NCBI GenBank assembly: GCA_041752275.1
Contig: JBGSHK010000009.1
Location: 19,156 to 83,155 of the forward strand
Origin: Minisyncoccia bacterium
Lineage (GTDB): Bacteria > Patescibacteriota > Minisyncoccia > Phycocordibacterales > CAIZLB01
Direction of reading: 5' to 3'
Length of the DNA: 64,000 nt
Within the stretch, counting starts at the first letter, position 1; each line of letters opens with the position of its first letter. Of this stretch, positions 46,486 through 55,992 are shown in pieces. A program made the translations under genes and the position numbers. The notes under the pieces are model-generated. The model searched no databases and had not been told where the DNA came from. It worked only from the letters and a program-made list of their open reading frames with translations.

Positions 46486-48367
46486 TTATAAATCTATTAT
46501 ACCATAGGGACAACATTAATAAAGTAAATATTCTTCTTGCTGTAAATTTATCGTTTAGCTTTGATTTACTAAATAAACTTTCTATATAATCAAGGTTACA
46601 TATCTCAGATATAAGCTTATTTTCCATAATAATACTTTTAACTTTATCACTATCCTGTTTAAGCCATATATGCCATGGTGTTGGAAAACCGAGCTTCGGT
46701 CTTTTGTTTGTTCTCTCAGGCATATCTTTTGAAAATGCATCTCTCAATATAAACTTGGTTGTTCCGTTTTTATATTTCCAATCATCTATCAACCCTTCGG
46801 CCACTTTTGATACTTCAACATCCAAAAAAGGGACACGAAGCTCGAGTGAGTTTGCCATAGTCATCTTATCTGCTTTTTGCAATATATCCCCCCTCATCCA
46901 GTTATGTATATCTGCAAATTGCATGTATTCAGATGGAGAAAGTTTTGATACGTCTTGTTGTTGTAAATCAAGCTTCGCTATAAGATCTTGTGCTTTATAG
47001 TTTTTAAAAAGTTTTTCTTTTTCTTTTTCTTTAAACAAGTTTGCATTTCCAATATATCTTGATTGTACTGGTGTTAATGCGCGATTTAAAAAACTTACAC
47101 CGGGAAAACCTGCAAGTACTGGAAATAGTCTTACTTTGAAGTTAACAATGCTCAGAAGTGGTTTTAAAAAAACAAACTTAAACCACTCAGGTTGTTTGCT
47201 TATAAGTTGTATGTATTTGTTATGTGGCTCTTGATATATGCCGTAACCTCCGAAAAGTTCGTCGGCGCCTTCACCTGACAAAACAACTTTTACCTCTTTT
47301 GCCACCTCGCGAGACAATAAGAAAAGTGATATAGCAGAAGGGTCGGCTATAGGCTCATCAAAATGCCAAACACATTTTTTTAAAGATTCAAAATAATCTT
47401 CAAAAGTAACTGTGATTTCTTTATGATCTGATTTTATAAAGTCTGCAAACTCTTTTACATCAAATATTTCACTATCAATATCTTTAAAACCTATAGTATA
47501 TGTTTTCAGGTTTTTACCTTGTGCCTGCATCTCACGCTGTGCGATCATGGCAATGATTGACGAGTCAACACCTGATGACAAAAAAGAAGCAACAGGGACA
47601 TCTGCTATCATGTGATGTTGCACTGAGTCTGTTAGGATTTTTTTTATATCGTCACGAGATTTTTCATAATCAGTATCTCTTTGTTCGTTGAAATTCCATT
47701 GCCAATATTTTTCTATGAGATATTGCCCATTTTCAAGATCAACAGTCAAAGTGTGTCCAGGTGCCAGTTTGTATATGTTTTTGAAAAATGTTTCTTCGTG
47801 GGGATTATATTGAAAACTTACATAGTCAAACACATAGTCAATATTGACATCTCTCTTGACATTTTTATCTTCTAATATTGATTTTATCTCCGATGCAAAT
47901 GCTGAAATTTTTCCATCTTGTAAATTATAATACAATGGTTTAATACCAAAATGGTCTCGCACTATAAAAAGTTTATTTTTTCTTTTGTCATATATAGAGA
48001 ACGCAAACATACCTCTTAGGCGCTTTGGCAGTTCCATACCCCATTCTTCATATCCATGTACAAGGGTTTCCGTATCTGAATGAGTTTTAAAAATATGTCC
48101 CTTTGACTCTAAATCCTTACGGAGTTCTAGATGATTATATATTTCTCCATTAAACACAACTGTAACAGTTTGATCTTCGTTCGATATAGGCTGCTTACCT
48201 GCAGCTATATCTATGATAGAAAGCCGTCTCATACCCATAGCAACGCCTTCGGTGAAAAACATACCTTCATCGTCTGGTCCACGGTGGACAATGCAGTCCA
48301 AAGATCGTTTTAACAAATCTCTGTCTTGTATGATTTTATAGTTTATGAATCCGGATATGCCACACAT
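46472..48367 (-). CDS. asnB: Asparagine synthase (glutamine-hydrolysing) family amidotransferase
   Basis: MCGISG, HRGPD, RLSIID, FNGEIYN, LSSGVDSS, SGEGADELFGGY, RVPFLD. Confidence 0.95.
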   Translation of the reverse strand: MCGISGFINYKIIQDRDLLKRSLDCIVHRGPDDEGMFFTEGVAMGMRRLSIIDIAAGKQPISNEDQTVTVVFNGEIYNHLELRKDLESKGHIFKTHSDTETLVHGYEEWGMELPKRLRGMFAFSIYDKRKNKLFIVRDHFGIKPLYYNLQDGKISAFASEIKSILEDKNVKRDVNIDYVFDYVSFQYNPHEETFFKNIYKLAPGHTLTVDLENGQYLIEKYWQWNFNEQRDTDYEKSRDDIKKILTDSVQHHMIADVPVASFLSSGVDSSIIAMIAQREMQAQGKNLKTYTIGFKDIDSEIFDVKEFADFIKSDHKEITVTFEDYFESLKKCVWHFDEPIADPSAISLFLLSREVAKEVKVVLSGEGADELFGGYGIYQEPHNKYIQLISKQPEWFKFVFLKPLLSIVNFKVRLFPVLAGFPGVSFLNRALTPVQSRYIGNANLFKEKEKEKLFKNYKAQDLIAKLDLQQQDVSKLSPSEYMQFADIHNWMRGDILQKADKMTMANSLELRVPFLDVEVSKVAEGLIDDWKYKNGTTKFILRDAFSKDMPERTNKRPKLGFPTPWHIWLKQDSDKVKSIIMENKLISEICNLDYIESLFSKSKLNDKFTARRIFTLLMLSLWYNRFINDEK

Positions 48368-48429
48368 AAGGCTTATTTTAGCATAAAAAATATATTGACA
48401 ATATTACCAATATATACGTGATTTCATTC

Positions 48430-48763
48430 CAAATCATTACAGAAACACGAGAGTAAGTTTTACTCGCAATCAAGAGGACATCTTCAGTTTTTATTTTTGA
48501 TATGTATATAGGCCCACCTATACACAATATGGACTAACGAAGAGCCTTCGTCTGTTGTCCAACATATGCTACATATATACTCTAATCTGCAGTAAGAATA
48601 TACATGTGTATTTGCATACGGGGTGATTCAGTTTATTTACACCCACTTATGAACAATACTATTGTAATGTTATCTTGAAACCATACTACTCGTCCCTTTT
48701 AACTTTCGTATGTGCACTATTCCTTGTTCTAGAAATTATTATGCGAGTCTCTGTAATGATTTG
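48430..48763 (-). ncRNA. Candidate ~334-nt multi-helix structured RNA (alternatively a MITE-like element)
   Basis: 14-bp perfect terminal inverted repeat CAAATCATTACAGA/TCTGTAATGATTTG enclosing at least 5 further stems; no ORF of 60 aa or more. Confidence 0.55.
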
Positions 48764-48845
48764 TAATTTTTAATGTGCTCTTCTTATTATAAATACGAGT
48801 TCGATGGTGTAGATATTACAGAAAAAATATTGTGTGGTTTTAGAT

Positions 48846-48873
48846 TTGACAATAATTTTAATTTTGCTATTAT
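48846..48873 (+). promoter_or_regulatory. Sigma70-type promoter antisense to pemK-like copy 1
   Basis: TTGACA-16-TATTAT with extended TG. Confidence 0.6.
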
Positions 48874-48906
48874 ACAGATACAAATGGGTTGTCCCACTTA
48901 TCCGAA

Positions 48907-49317
48907 TCATGTAGATGATTCGGATTTATGTTTTATAAGATTAATTACCTTACTTTCAATTTTGTTAAAATCTTGTTTTGAGATATATCCTATAAACAAA
49001 TACAATCTTTTACTGTCTAGAACTCTTAGTTGCGAAATTATTGCAGACTGTTCAACATCCTTAAGTAATATTTTTATATAATACTTATTATCCTTATTTT
49101 TAGTACTCATAGGTATACCCCAGAATATGTAATTGGAAAATTTTTTAAATACGAGCACAGGTCGGTGGAAATACTCACCTTTACCATTTTGCTCGAATCC
49201 TACGTTCTCACCCATAAAGCACCAGTATACTTGTCCTTCGTTTATAATGAGGTCATTTCTTGGGGTTTTATCAATAATTATCTTTGTTAGTATCCAATCT
49301 ATAAAATGTTTTATCAT
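48907..49317 (-). CDS. Orphan PemK/MazF-family toxin, copy 1
   Basis: GQVYWCFMGENVGFEQNGK...RPVLVFKK...GIPMST...SQLRVLDSKRL. Confidence 0.85.
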   Translation of the reverse strand: MIKHFIDWILTKIIIDKTPRNDLIINEGQVYWCFMGENVGFEQNGKGEYFHRPVLVFKKFSNYIFWGIPMSTKNKDNKYYIKILLKDVEQSAIISQLRVLDSKRLYLFIGYISKQDFNKIESKVINLIKHKSESST

Positions 49318-49386
49318 TCATATATAGTAAAACAAAGCACATAAATTTCTCATAAAGATAAAATAAATTTTCACCGAGGAAATGAT

Positions 49387-49425
49387 AAAAAACTGACCTT
49401 GGAATTAACCTTAGTCAGCTTTTTT
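49387..49425. terminator. Bidirectional terminator after dnaK, shared with copy 2 (52963..53001)
   Basis: A run-CTGAC...GTCAG-T run. Confidence 0.65.
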
Positions 49426-49443
49426 ATTTTAGATTTTATAAAC

Positions 49444-51348
49444 TTATTCCTTAACCTCCGCATCCTTCACCTCACTTTCTGCAGCACTTTCCGGACCAGC
49501 ACTTTCTCCACCTGCAGGATTATTAAATTGCGCTTCTGCTTGTGGATTTGCTTTTGCAATCTCATCATGCACCTTAGCTAACTCTTGAGACAATGCATCA
49601 GTATCAGTTTTTATAGCATTCATATCATCTTTATCTTTAGATAATCTCAAGGCTCCTATCTTAGTTTCTACGGCTGCCACAAGCTCAACACTCAACTTAT
49701 CTTTACTTTCTCTCAAACTCTTCTCAGCTGTGTATATAGCCTGATCTGCAGTGTTTCTAACCTCGATAAGTTCTTTCTTTTTCTTATCCTCTCCTTCATG
49801 TGACTCCGCTTCTTTTTTCATACGTTCTATATCATCTTTTGAAAGACCTGTTGAAGCCTCTATACGTATAGTATTTTCTTTTCCTGAGGCTTTATCTTTG
49901 GCTTTCACATTTAGTATACCGTTAGCATCAACATCAAAAGTAACTTCAACCTGAGGTATACCGCGTGGAGCTGGTGGTATGCCATCAAGAACGAAACGTC
50001 CAAGAGACTTGTTGTCTGTTGCCATAGCTCTTTCACCTTGAACTATATGTATCTCAGTTGATGTTTGATTGTCAGCTGCAGTTGAGAAAACTTGTGAGCG
50101 AGATGTTGGTATAGTAGTGTTTTTCTCTATAAGATGAGTTGCTACACCTCCCATAGTTTCTATACCTAGGGACAATGGAATAACATCAAGTAGAAGTATA
50201 TCTTTAACATCACCTCCAAGTATGCCTCCTTGTACAGCAGCACCGAGTGCTACTACTTCATCAGGGTTTATAGACTGGTTAGGTTCACGACCAAACAACT
50301 CTTTTACAGCCTCTTTTATCTTAGGCATGCGAGTTTGACCTCCAACAAGTATAACTTCTTGTATGTCAGCAATCTTGAAAGGTGAAGCTTCTATAGCTCT
50401 CTTTGTGATTTGTATAGCGCGAGTTATAAACTCATCAGCAATCTCTTCAAGTTTTGCACGACTCATTTTCAAAACTAAATGTTTTGGTCCAGTCGCGTCT
50501 GATGTTATAAAAGGAATGTTTATCTCTGTGTCCACTGCAGATGAAAGCTCTATCTTTGCCTTCTCTGCTGCCTCATCTAGACGTTGCAGTGCCAACGCAT
50601 CAGTTCTAACGTCTATACCAGACTCTTTTTTAAACTCATCTGCAATCCAATGTATGATTTTTTGATCAATATCTTTTCCTCCTAGGTGAGCATCTCCATC
50701 TGTTGATTTTACTTCAACAATATCAGCACCAACTTCAAGTATAGATATGTCAAATGTTCCTCCTCCAAAGTCAAACACCGCTATTTTTTCATCAGCTTTT
50801 TTATTAAAACCATATGCGAGTGCAGCTGCCGTTGGTTCGTTGATAATACGTTTAACATCCAGTCCTGCAATCTTACCAGCATCTTTTGTTGCTTGTCTTT
50901 GTGCATCGTTAAAGTAAGCAGGTACAGTGATCACTGCTTCTGTTATCTTTTCTCCAACACGAGCTTCTGCATCATTTTTCAACTTTGTTAAAATCATCGC
51001 TGATACTTCTTCTGGAGTGTATGTTTTTTCAGCCATAGTTATACCAACACCGTTTGTGTCAGTTTTAACTATCTCAAAAGGTACTGTATCTTTATCTTTC
51101 TGAACATTGTTCTCGTCAAATGAGTGACCGATAAATCTTTTAATACCGAAAACAGTGTTTTTTGGATTTGTTACACCTTGTCTTTTTGCTAAAAGTCCAA
51201 CAAGTCTTTCGCCTGTTTTAGATATAGCAACAATAGATGGTGTTGTACGTGCACCTTCTGCATTTTCTAATATTTTTGGCTCACCTACCTCCATGATAGC
51301 GACAGCTGAGTTTGTTGTTCCAAGATCAATTCCTAATATTTTTGCCAT
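49444..51348 (-). CDS. dnaK: Chaperone DnaK
   Basis: [37 protein letters not shown]. Confidence 0.98.
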   Translation of the reverse strand: MAKILGIDLGTTNSAVAIMEVGEPKILENAEGARTTPSIVAISKTGERLVGLLAKRQGVTNPKNTVFGIKRFIGHSFDENNVQKDKDTVPFEIVKTDTNGVGITMAEKTYTPEEVSAMILTKLKNDAEARVGEKITEAVITVPAYFNDAQRQATKDAGKIAGLDVKRIINEPTAAALAYGFNKKADEKIAVFDFGGGTFDISILEVGADIVEVKSTDGDAHLGGKDIDQKIIHWIADEFKKESGIDVRTDALALQRLDEAAEKAKIELSSAVDTEINIPFITSDATGPKHLVLKMSRAKLEEIADEFITRAIQITKRAIEASPFKIADIQEVILVGGQTRMPKIKEAVKELFGREPNQSINPDEVVALGAAVQGGILGGDVKDILLLDVIPLSLGIETMGGVATHLIEKNTTIPTSRSQVFSTAADNQTSTEIHIVQGERAMATDNKSLGRFVLDGIPPAPRGIPQVEVTFDVDANGILNVKAKDKASGKENTIRIEASTGLSKDDIERMKKEAESHEGEDKKKKELIEVRNTADQAIYTAEKSLRESKDKLSVELVAAVETKIGALRLSKDKDDMNAIKTDTDALSQELAKVHDEIAKANPQAEAQFNNPAGGESAGPESAAESEVKDAEVKE

Positions 51349-51446
51349 AATTTATATATATTTTGTTTATTTATTAATTAATTAATGTTTATAATTGTTT
51401 TAATAATTTCTTACCGTGTTCTCTATTATACACCATGTGTCAAGTC

Positions 51447-52097
51447 CTACTCTGATTGATAAACTTTAACTAACGCCACCCTTATAACCTTGTCATGAAG
51501 CTTATATCCTTTTTGCATTATCATTGAAACCGTGTGATTTTTTTCTTTTTCTGTTGTTGTATCTTGTCCTAAGGCCTCGTAAATATTTGGGTCAAACTGA
51601 TCTCCAACTGTCCCATATGATTCAACACCAACTTTTTTAAGTGCACCGTATATTTTTTCAATGATTGCTTCTATTCCCTTTCTCCAAGCTTCATCAACTG
51701 TGGTCCAGGTCGGTTGGGCTTTAGCTTGTTCATATCCATCGATGATTGGGAGTAAATCGGCAATTAACATTTGATTAGAATATTTGATGATTTCTTGTTT
51801 TCCTTCTTCATCTCGTTTTCTGGCATTTATAAACTCAGCCTTATCTTTTTGCCAGTTAGTTAACATATCCATCTTTTCCTGCTTAACTTGTTTAAGCTCA
51901 TCTTTTAGCTTTTTAAGGGCTGCTTTAGGGTTTTCTGACTCATCCTCGGATATGATGTCGTCTTCGTCTGTGTGGTCCTCTACGTGCTCGATTTCTGGCT
52001 CTAGGGACTCAATTACAGAATCTAGGTCAACCTCAGGCTCTGTGTCTAAATCAATTTTGATTTCTTCATCTTTATTGTCATTTATATCATTATTCAT
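51447..52097 (-). CDS. grpE: Nucleotide exchange factor GrpE
   Basis: AEFINARKR, LLPIID, FDPNIYEA, QKGYKLHDKVIR. Confidence 0.95.
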   Translation of the reverse strand: MNNDINDNKDEEIKIDLDTEPEVDLDSVIESLEPEIEHVEDHTDEDDIISEDESENPKAALKKLKDELKQVKQEKMDMLTNWQKDKAEFINARKRDEEGKQEIIKYSNQMLIADLLPIIDGYEQAKAQPTWTTVDEAWRKGIEAIIEKIYGALKKVGVESYGTVGDQFDPNIYEALGQDTTTEKEKNHTVSMIMQKGYKLHDKVIRVALVKVYQSE

Positions 52098-52148
52098 AAG
52101 TCTATAATAGCATTTAATAAAAAAATTTACATTGTCGGATTTGGGTTT

Positions 52149-52400
52149 TTATGGGGTAAATTTGTATATTTGTGAGCTATAATATATTGAAACACTTGAA
52201 CATGTTTTACCAAATGCAAAAAGAGAGCTTGCACCCATACCAATAGCCATAAAACCTCCAGTTATTGCACCTTGAGCTGGAGTCATTCCACTGATCAGCC
52301 AATATGGAGCAGTAATGAAGCTACCTCCTCCTCCAGCTATACCACTTAATATACACGCAGCGAAAGTAACAAAAAATGTTATGATATATGCTAAATCCAT
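52149..52400 (-). pseudogene. Truncated TauE/SafE (TSUP) family transporter fragment
   Basis: N terminus SGIAGGGGSFITAP...GMTPAQ matches TSUP, but the ORF is only 83 aa. Confidence 0.6.
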
Positions 52401-52421
52401 GGATATAATATTAACACAAAT

Positions 52422-52449
52422 TTGACAACAAAATATTTTTTGCTAAACT
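52422..52449 (+). promoter_or_regulatory. Sigma70-type promoter antisense to pemK-like copy 2
   Basis: TTGACA-16-TAAACT with extended TG. Confidence 0.6.
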
Positions 52450-52497
52450 ATAAGTACAAATGGGTTATTCCACACGCTAGGACCATAAAGGTCCAGC

Positions 52498-52893
52498 CTA
52501 ATATCTCCAGATAATATCAATTATCCGGTTTTGTATTTTATTAAAATCTGCTCTTGATATATAACCAATATATTCATCTAGTCTTTTACTGTCCAGAACT
52601 CTGAGCTGAGATATCATGGCCGATTGCTCTACATCCTTAAGTAAAATTTTTACATAATATTTATTGTCTTTGTTTTTTGTAGTCAAAGGTATACCCCAGA
52701 ATAAATTATTGTTAAACTTTTTAAATATCAACACAGGACGACGAAAAATCTCACCTTTGCCATTTTCCTCATCTCCCACATTTTCACCTAAAGAGCACCG
52801 AAAAACTTGATATTCATTTATGATGACATCCCGCCTTTCTGTTTTATCCATGATTATCTTTGTTAGTATCCAATCTATAAAATGTTTTATCAT
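52498..52893 (-). CDS. Orphan PemK/MazF-family toxin, copy 2
   Basis: 96/131 identical residues to copy 1 by hand alignment; RPVLIFKK, SQLRVLDSKRL. Confidence 0.85.
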   Translation of the reverse strand: MIKHFIDWILTKIIMDKTERRDVIINEYQVFRCSLGENVGDEENGKGEIFRRPVLIFKKFNNNLFWGIPLTTKNKDNKYYVKILLKDVEQSAMISQLRVLDSKRLDEYIGYISRADFNKIQNRIIDIIWRY

Positions 52894-53139
52894 TTATCTA
52901 TAATAGAATAATCCACATAAAGTTCTGATAAAGATAAAATAAATTTTCACCGAAGAAATGATAAAAAAACTGACCTTGGAATTAACCTTAGTCAGCTTTT
53001 TATTTTGAGGTTTATAAAGTTTCCAAACAAAAAACTCCGCCATACGACGAAGTTTTTGTATATTATCTCTTTGTCCACGTACAGTCTGCTCGCATGCTCG
53101 CAACGACTGTTGCTCCGCACCCGAGTAAACGTTAAACTG

Positions 53140-53547
53140 TTAACGTTTACTCCATTGTTTACTCTTTCTCGCTTTCTTCAAACCGAATTTTCTTCTTTCT
53201 TTAGCTCTACCGTCTCTTGTTAGAAATCCTTCTTTTTTAAGTGGAGCTCTAAGCTCTGCATCAAAAGCCTCAAGAGCTCTTGCTATACCAAGTCTTACAG
53301 ACTCTGCTTGACCGTTGATACCACCACCTGTAACTTTAACTGTGATCTCGAAACCTTTTTCAGGTAGAGTTTTAACCAAAGACTCTATAGATAGGTTTTG
53401 TAGCTCTGGAGTTTTAAAATAATCTGTATGTTCTTTATCATTTATAACTACAGATGTTTTTGTAGCTGGTGTTATACGAACTCTTGCAGAAGATGTTTTT
53501 CTTCTTCCTACTGCTTCGAAGTATTTTGATGTTGATTTTGTTGCCAT
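53140..53547 (-). CDS. rpsI: 30S ribosomal protein S9
   Basis: GRRKTSSARV, GGGINGQAE, ERRKFGLKKARKSKQWSKR. Confidence 0.97.
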   Translation of the reverse strand: MATKSTSKYFEAVGRRKTSSARVRITPATKTSVVINDKEHTDYFKTPELQNLSIESLVKTLPEKGFEITVKVTGGGINGQAESVRLGIARALEAFDAELRAPLKKEGFLTRDGRAKERRKFGLKKARKSKQWSKR

Positions 53548-53552
53548 ATTGT

Positions 53553-53897
53553 TTATTTAGTTATTTCTATATTTAAAAGCATACGATCTCTAAGTTTGTT
53601 TTTTGGTAACATACGAGATACCGCACGAACTATAACTTCCTCTACTCCTTTTCTCTCAAGAAGATGTCCTAAAAACTCTTTCTTTTGTCCACCTGGGTAT
53701 CCTGAGTATGTAAGATAATATTTTTCATCTTTTTTCTTATCAGTAATATCAAGTTTTGAAGCGTTGATAACCAAAACCTCAACATCAGCTACTACGTTTT
53801 TAGCGAAGTCCACTGAGTTTTTACCCATAAGAGCCTTTGCCACATCTTGTGCCAAGTTTCCTAATCTTTTATTTGTTGCGTCTATTGTGTATTTCAT
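53553..53897 (-). CDS. rplM: 50S ribosomal protein L13
   Basis: IDATNKRLG, YSGYPGG, MLPKNKL. Confidence 0.95.
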   Translation of the reverse strand: MKYTIDATNKRLGNLAQDVAKALMGKNSVDFAKNVVADVEVLVINASKLDITDKKKDEKYYLTYSGYPGGQKKEFLGHLLERKGVEEVIVRAVSRMLPKNKLRDRMLLNIEITK

Positions 53898-53921
53898 ATG
53901 ATTGTAATTATTATAATAGAA

Positions 53922-54272
53922 TTATACTAGTTCTATGATAGCCATAAGAGCTCCATCAGTTTGTCTTGGACCTTTCTTGATAATTCTTGTGTATCCTCCG
54001 TTTCTACCAATATACTTAGGTGCTATCTCTGAGAAAAGTTTTCCAACTATATCATTGTTAGCCATACGTTTTGCAACATCACGACGTGAAGCAACAGTAT
54101 CGATACGTGCTTTTGTTATAAAATCTTCTGCATATGGTGCTGACTCTTTAGCTTTAGCTAAAGTTGTCTCTATCTTACCATGTACAAAAAGTTCACGTAC
54201 CAAAGATCTTATCAAAGCTTTTCTTTGATTTCTGCCTCTATTAAATTTTCTGTTTGCGTTGTGATGTCTCAT
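53922..54272 (-). CDS. rplQ: 50S ribosomal protein L17
   Basis: MRHH, IETTLAKAKE, RNGGYTRIIK. Confidence 0.97.
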   Translation of the reverse strand: MRHHNANRKFNRGRNQRKALIRSLVRELFVHGKIETTLAKAKESAPYAEDFITKARIDTVASRRDVAKRMANNDIVGKLFSEIAPKYIGRNGGYTRIIKKGPRQTDGALMAIIELV

Positions 54273-54320
54273 TGTTTTGTAAATATATCTTAAATACTCT
54301 TAAAAATCAAGTATTATTTA

Positions 54321-55298
54321 TTATTCTTTAATTGTTAAGTCAAACTTAGCTAATATCTCTTTTAACTCATCTATACCTTTTTTACCCATTCCATCAACAT
54401 CCAATAGGTCTTTTTCTTTCTTTCTGATCAAACCACCAATAGTTCTGATGTTGGCTTCTATAAGAGCATTTATAGTTCTTTGACTAATATCTAGAGACTC
54501 TATGCGAGTTTTCAAAACATCATCAAGTACATCTTTATCAAGTTTATTTTCTTCATCATCTTTAGATTCTTCTTTTTGAGACTCAACCCCTTCCTTAACA
54601 ACTTCAATATCTTGAAAATCAATAATAGCCTTAAGTTGATAAATCATTATTTCTATTGATTTTTCAAGAGCTTCTTTTGGAGTTATTGAACCATCAGTTT
54701 CTATGTTTATAACAAGTCTATTGAAATCAGTTCTATCTCCAACACGCATTTGATCAACATCATAAGATACGTTTAAAATAGGTGAAAACGCTGCATCTAA
54801 TGCAATAGATTCAACTTGAACTCTTTCTTTTTGAAGAACCTCACGAGAAACATAACCTATACCGTTTGATATTGTTATTTCCATTTGTAAAACAGTATCT
54901 GATTCTGTTATAGTCGCGATATGTTGATTTGGTGTAAGAACCTCAACTTGACCTGCAACATCAATATCTTTTGCTGTTATATCACCTAAACCTTTTTTCT
55001 TTAAAGTTAAAACAATCTCATCACCAATAACTTTAGAAAATTTTATTTTTTTTAAATTTAAAATCATTGAAATAACATCTTCTTTTACACCTTTTATAGT
55101 AGAAAATTCATGAGGTATACCTGAAATCTTTATAGATGTTATAGCGGCCCCAGAAAGTGAAGAAAGTATAATACGTCTTAAAGAGTTACCTAAAGTATGT
55201 CCGTATCCTGGATACAAACCACCTATTTCATAACTCCCTTTATTTCCTTCTTCTTTTACAATTTTTGGTTTTGATGGTGATACTATTGATGTGTTCAT
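54321..55298 (-). CDS. rpoA: RNA polymerase alpha subunit
   Basis: GYGHTLGNSLRRIILSSL, HEFSTIKGVKEDV, alpha-CTD. Confidence 0.97.
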   Translation of the reverse strand: MNTSIVSPSKPKIVKEEGNKGSYEIGGLYPGYGHTLGNSLRRIILSSLSGAAITSIKISGIPHEFSTIKGVKEDVISMILNLKKIKFSKVIGDEIVLTLKKKGLGDITAKDIDVAGQVEVLTPNQHIATITESDTVLQMEITISNGIGYVSREVLQKERVQVESIALDAAFSPILNVSYDVDQMRVGDRTDFNRLVINIETDGSITPKEALEKSIEIMIYQLKAIIDFQDIEVVKEGVESQKEESKDDEENKLDKDVLDDVLKTRIESLDISQRTINALIEANIRTIGGLIRKKEKDLLDVDGMGKKGIDELKEILAKFDLTIKE

Positions 55299-55336
55299 AA
55301 TTTTTGTTTTTTTATTTAATAAATTATTAATGTATC

Positions 55337-55945
55337 CTATCTCTTTGAGAACTCTATTACTTGACCTAAATCAAATAATACATCTTGACCTACAAGAGTT
55401 GGCATTTTTACAACTTTTCCTGACATTTTATCTGAATCAAAAGATAGCCAATCTTGCATAGTAAAGTTTTTACTTCTCTCTGCATAATCATGGAAAGTTT
55501 TTGTTTTTTTACTTCCTTCACGTATTGAAATAATATCACCAGCTTTAACTACAGTTGAAGGTATTGTGTTCTTAACTCCATTAATCAAAACATGACCGTG
55601 AGAAACTATTTGTCTGGCAAAACGTCTTGTGTTTGAAAGACCCATACGATATATAACGTTGTCCAATCTTGTTTCTAGTTTTTTATATAACTCCTCTGGA
55701 CCTTGTATAGTTTTTGAGTCAATAACCTCTTTTATATATCTTCCAAATTGTCCTGCTGTTATACCATATGTAAAACGAGCTTTTTGTTTTTCAATCAACT
55801 GAAGACCATAAGAAGAAACATTTTTCTTACCTTTTTTACCTTTTGGAGCATTTTCCATTTTTACTCTAAACTTTTGAGTTTGAGTTTTTTCAAAAATTGG
55901 AGCACCTAGACGTTTTGCTATTTTAAATTTTGGACCGATTTTCAT
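55337..55945 (-). CDS. rpsD: 30S ribosomal protein S4
   Basis: YGLQLIEKQK, LETRLDNVIYRMG, ARQIVSHGH. Confidence 0.97.
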   Translation of the reverse strand: MKIGPKFKIAKRLGAPIFEKTQTQKFRVKMENAPKGKKGKKNVSSYGLQLIEKQKARFTYGITAGQFGRYIKEVIDSKTIQGPEELYKKLETRLDNVIYRMGLSNTRRFARQIVSHGHVLINGVKNTIPSTVVKAGDIISIREGSKKTKTFHDYAERSKNFTMQDWLSFDSDKMSGKVVKMPTLVGQDVLFDLGQVIEFSKR

Positions 55946-55992
55946 ATTTGTTTAATTATTATTAGTATTATAAATTGATGTGATTCTAATTA

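Larger units (their letters stand above)
48845..49443. repeat. PemK module copy 1 (direct repeat of 52421..53017)
   Basis: Shares convergent promoter plus TACAAATGGGTT, toxin ORF and a ~90-bp upstream segment with copy 2. Confidence 0.85.
52421..53017. repeat. PemK module copy 2 (direct repeat of 48845..49443)
   Basis: Same elements in the same order as copy 1. Confidence 0.85.

Noticed and set aside
46472-48367. asnB as a lasso-peptide cyclase
   Set aside because: The N-terminal Cys glutaminase domain is intact and no B protein or precursor is nearby
48430-48763. RNase P RNA, tmRNA, T-box or group II intron identity for the structured element
   Set aside because: No GAGGAAAGUCC, no tRNA-like ends, no T-box consensus and no domain V seen on either strand
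48773-49581. Plus-strand ORFs 48773..49081, 49133..49327 and 49399..49581
   Set aside because: Antisense shadows of the toxin and dnaK, not preserved in the second module
52894-53223. ORFs 52894..53103 and 53005..53223 as protein antitoxins
   Set aside because: They cross terminators, show no MazE/AbrB or RHH pattern, and have no counterpart at toxin copy 1
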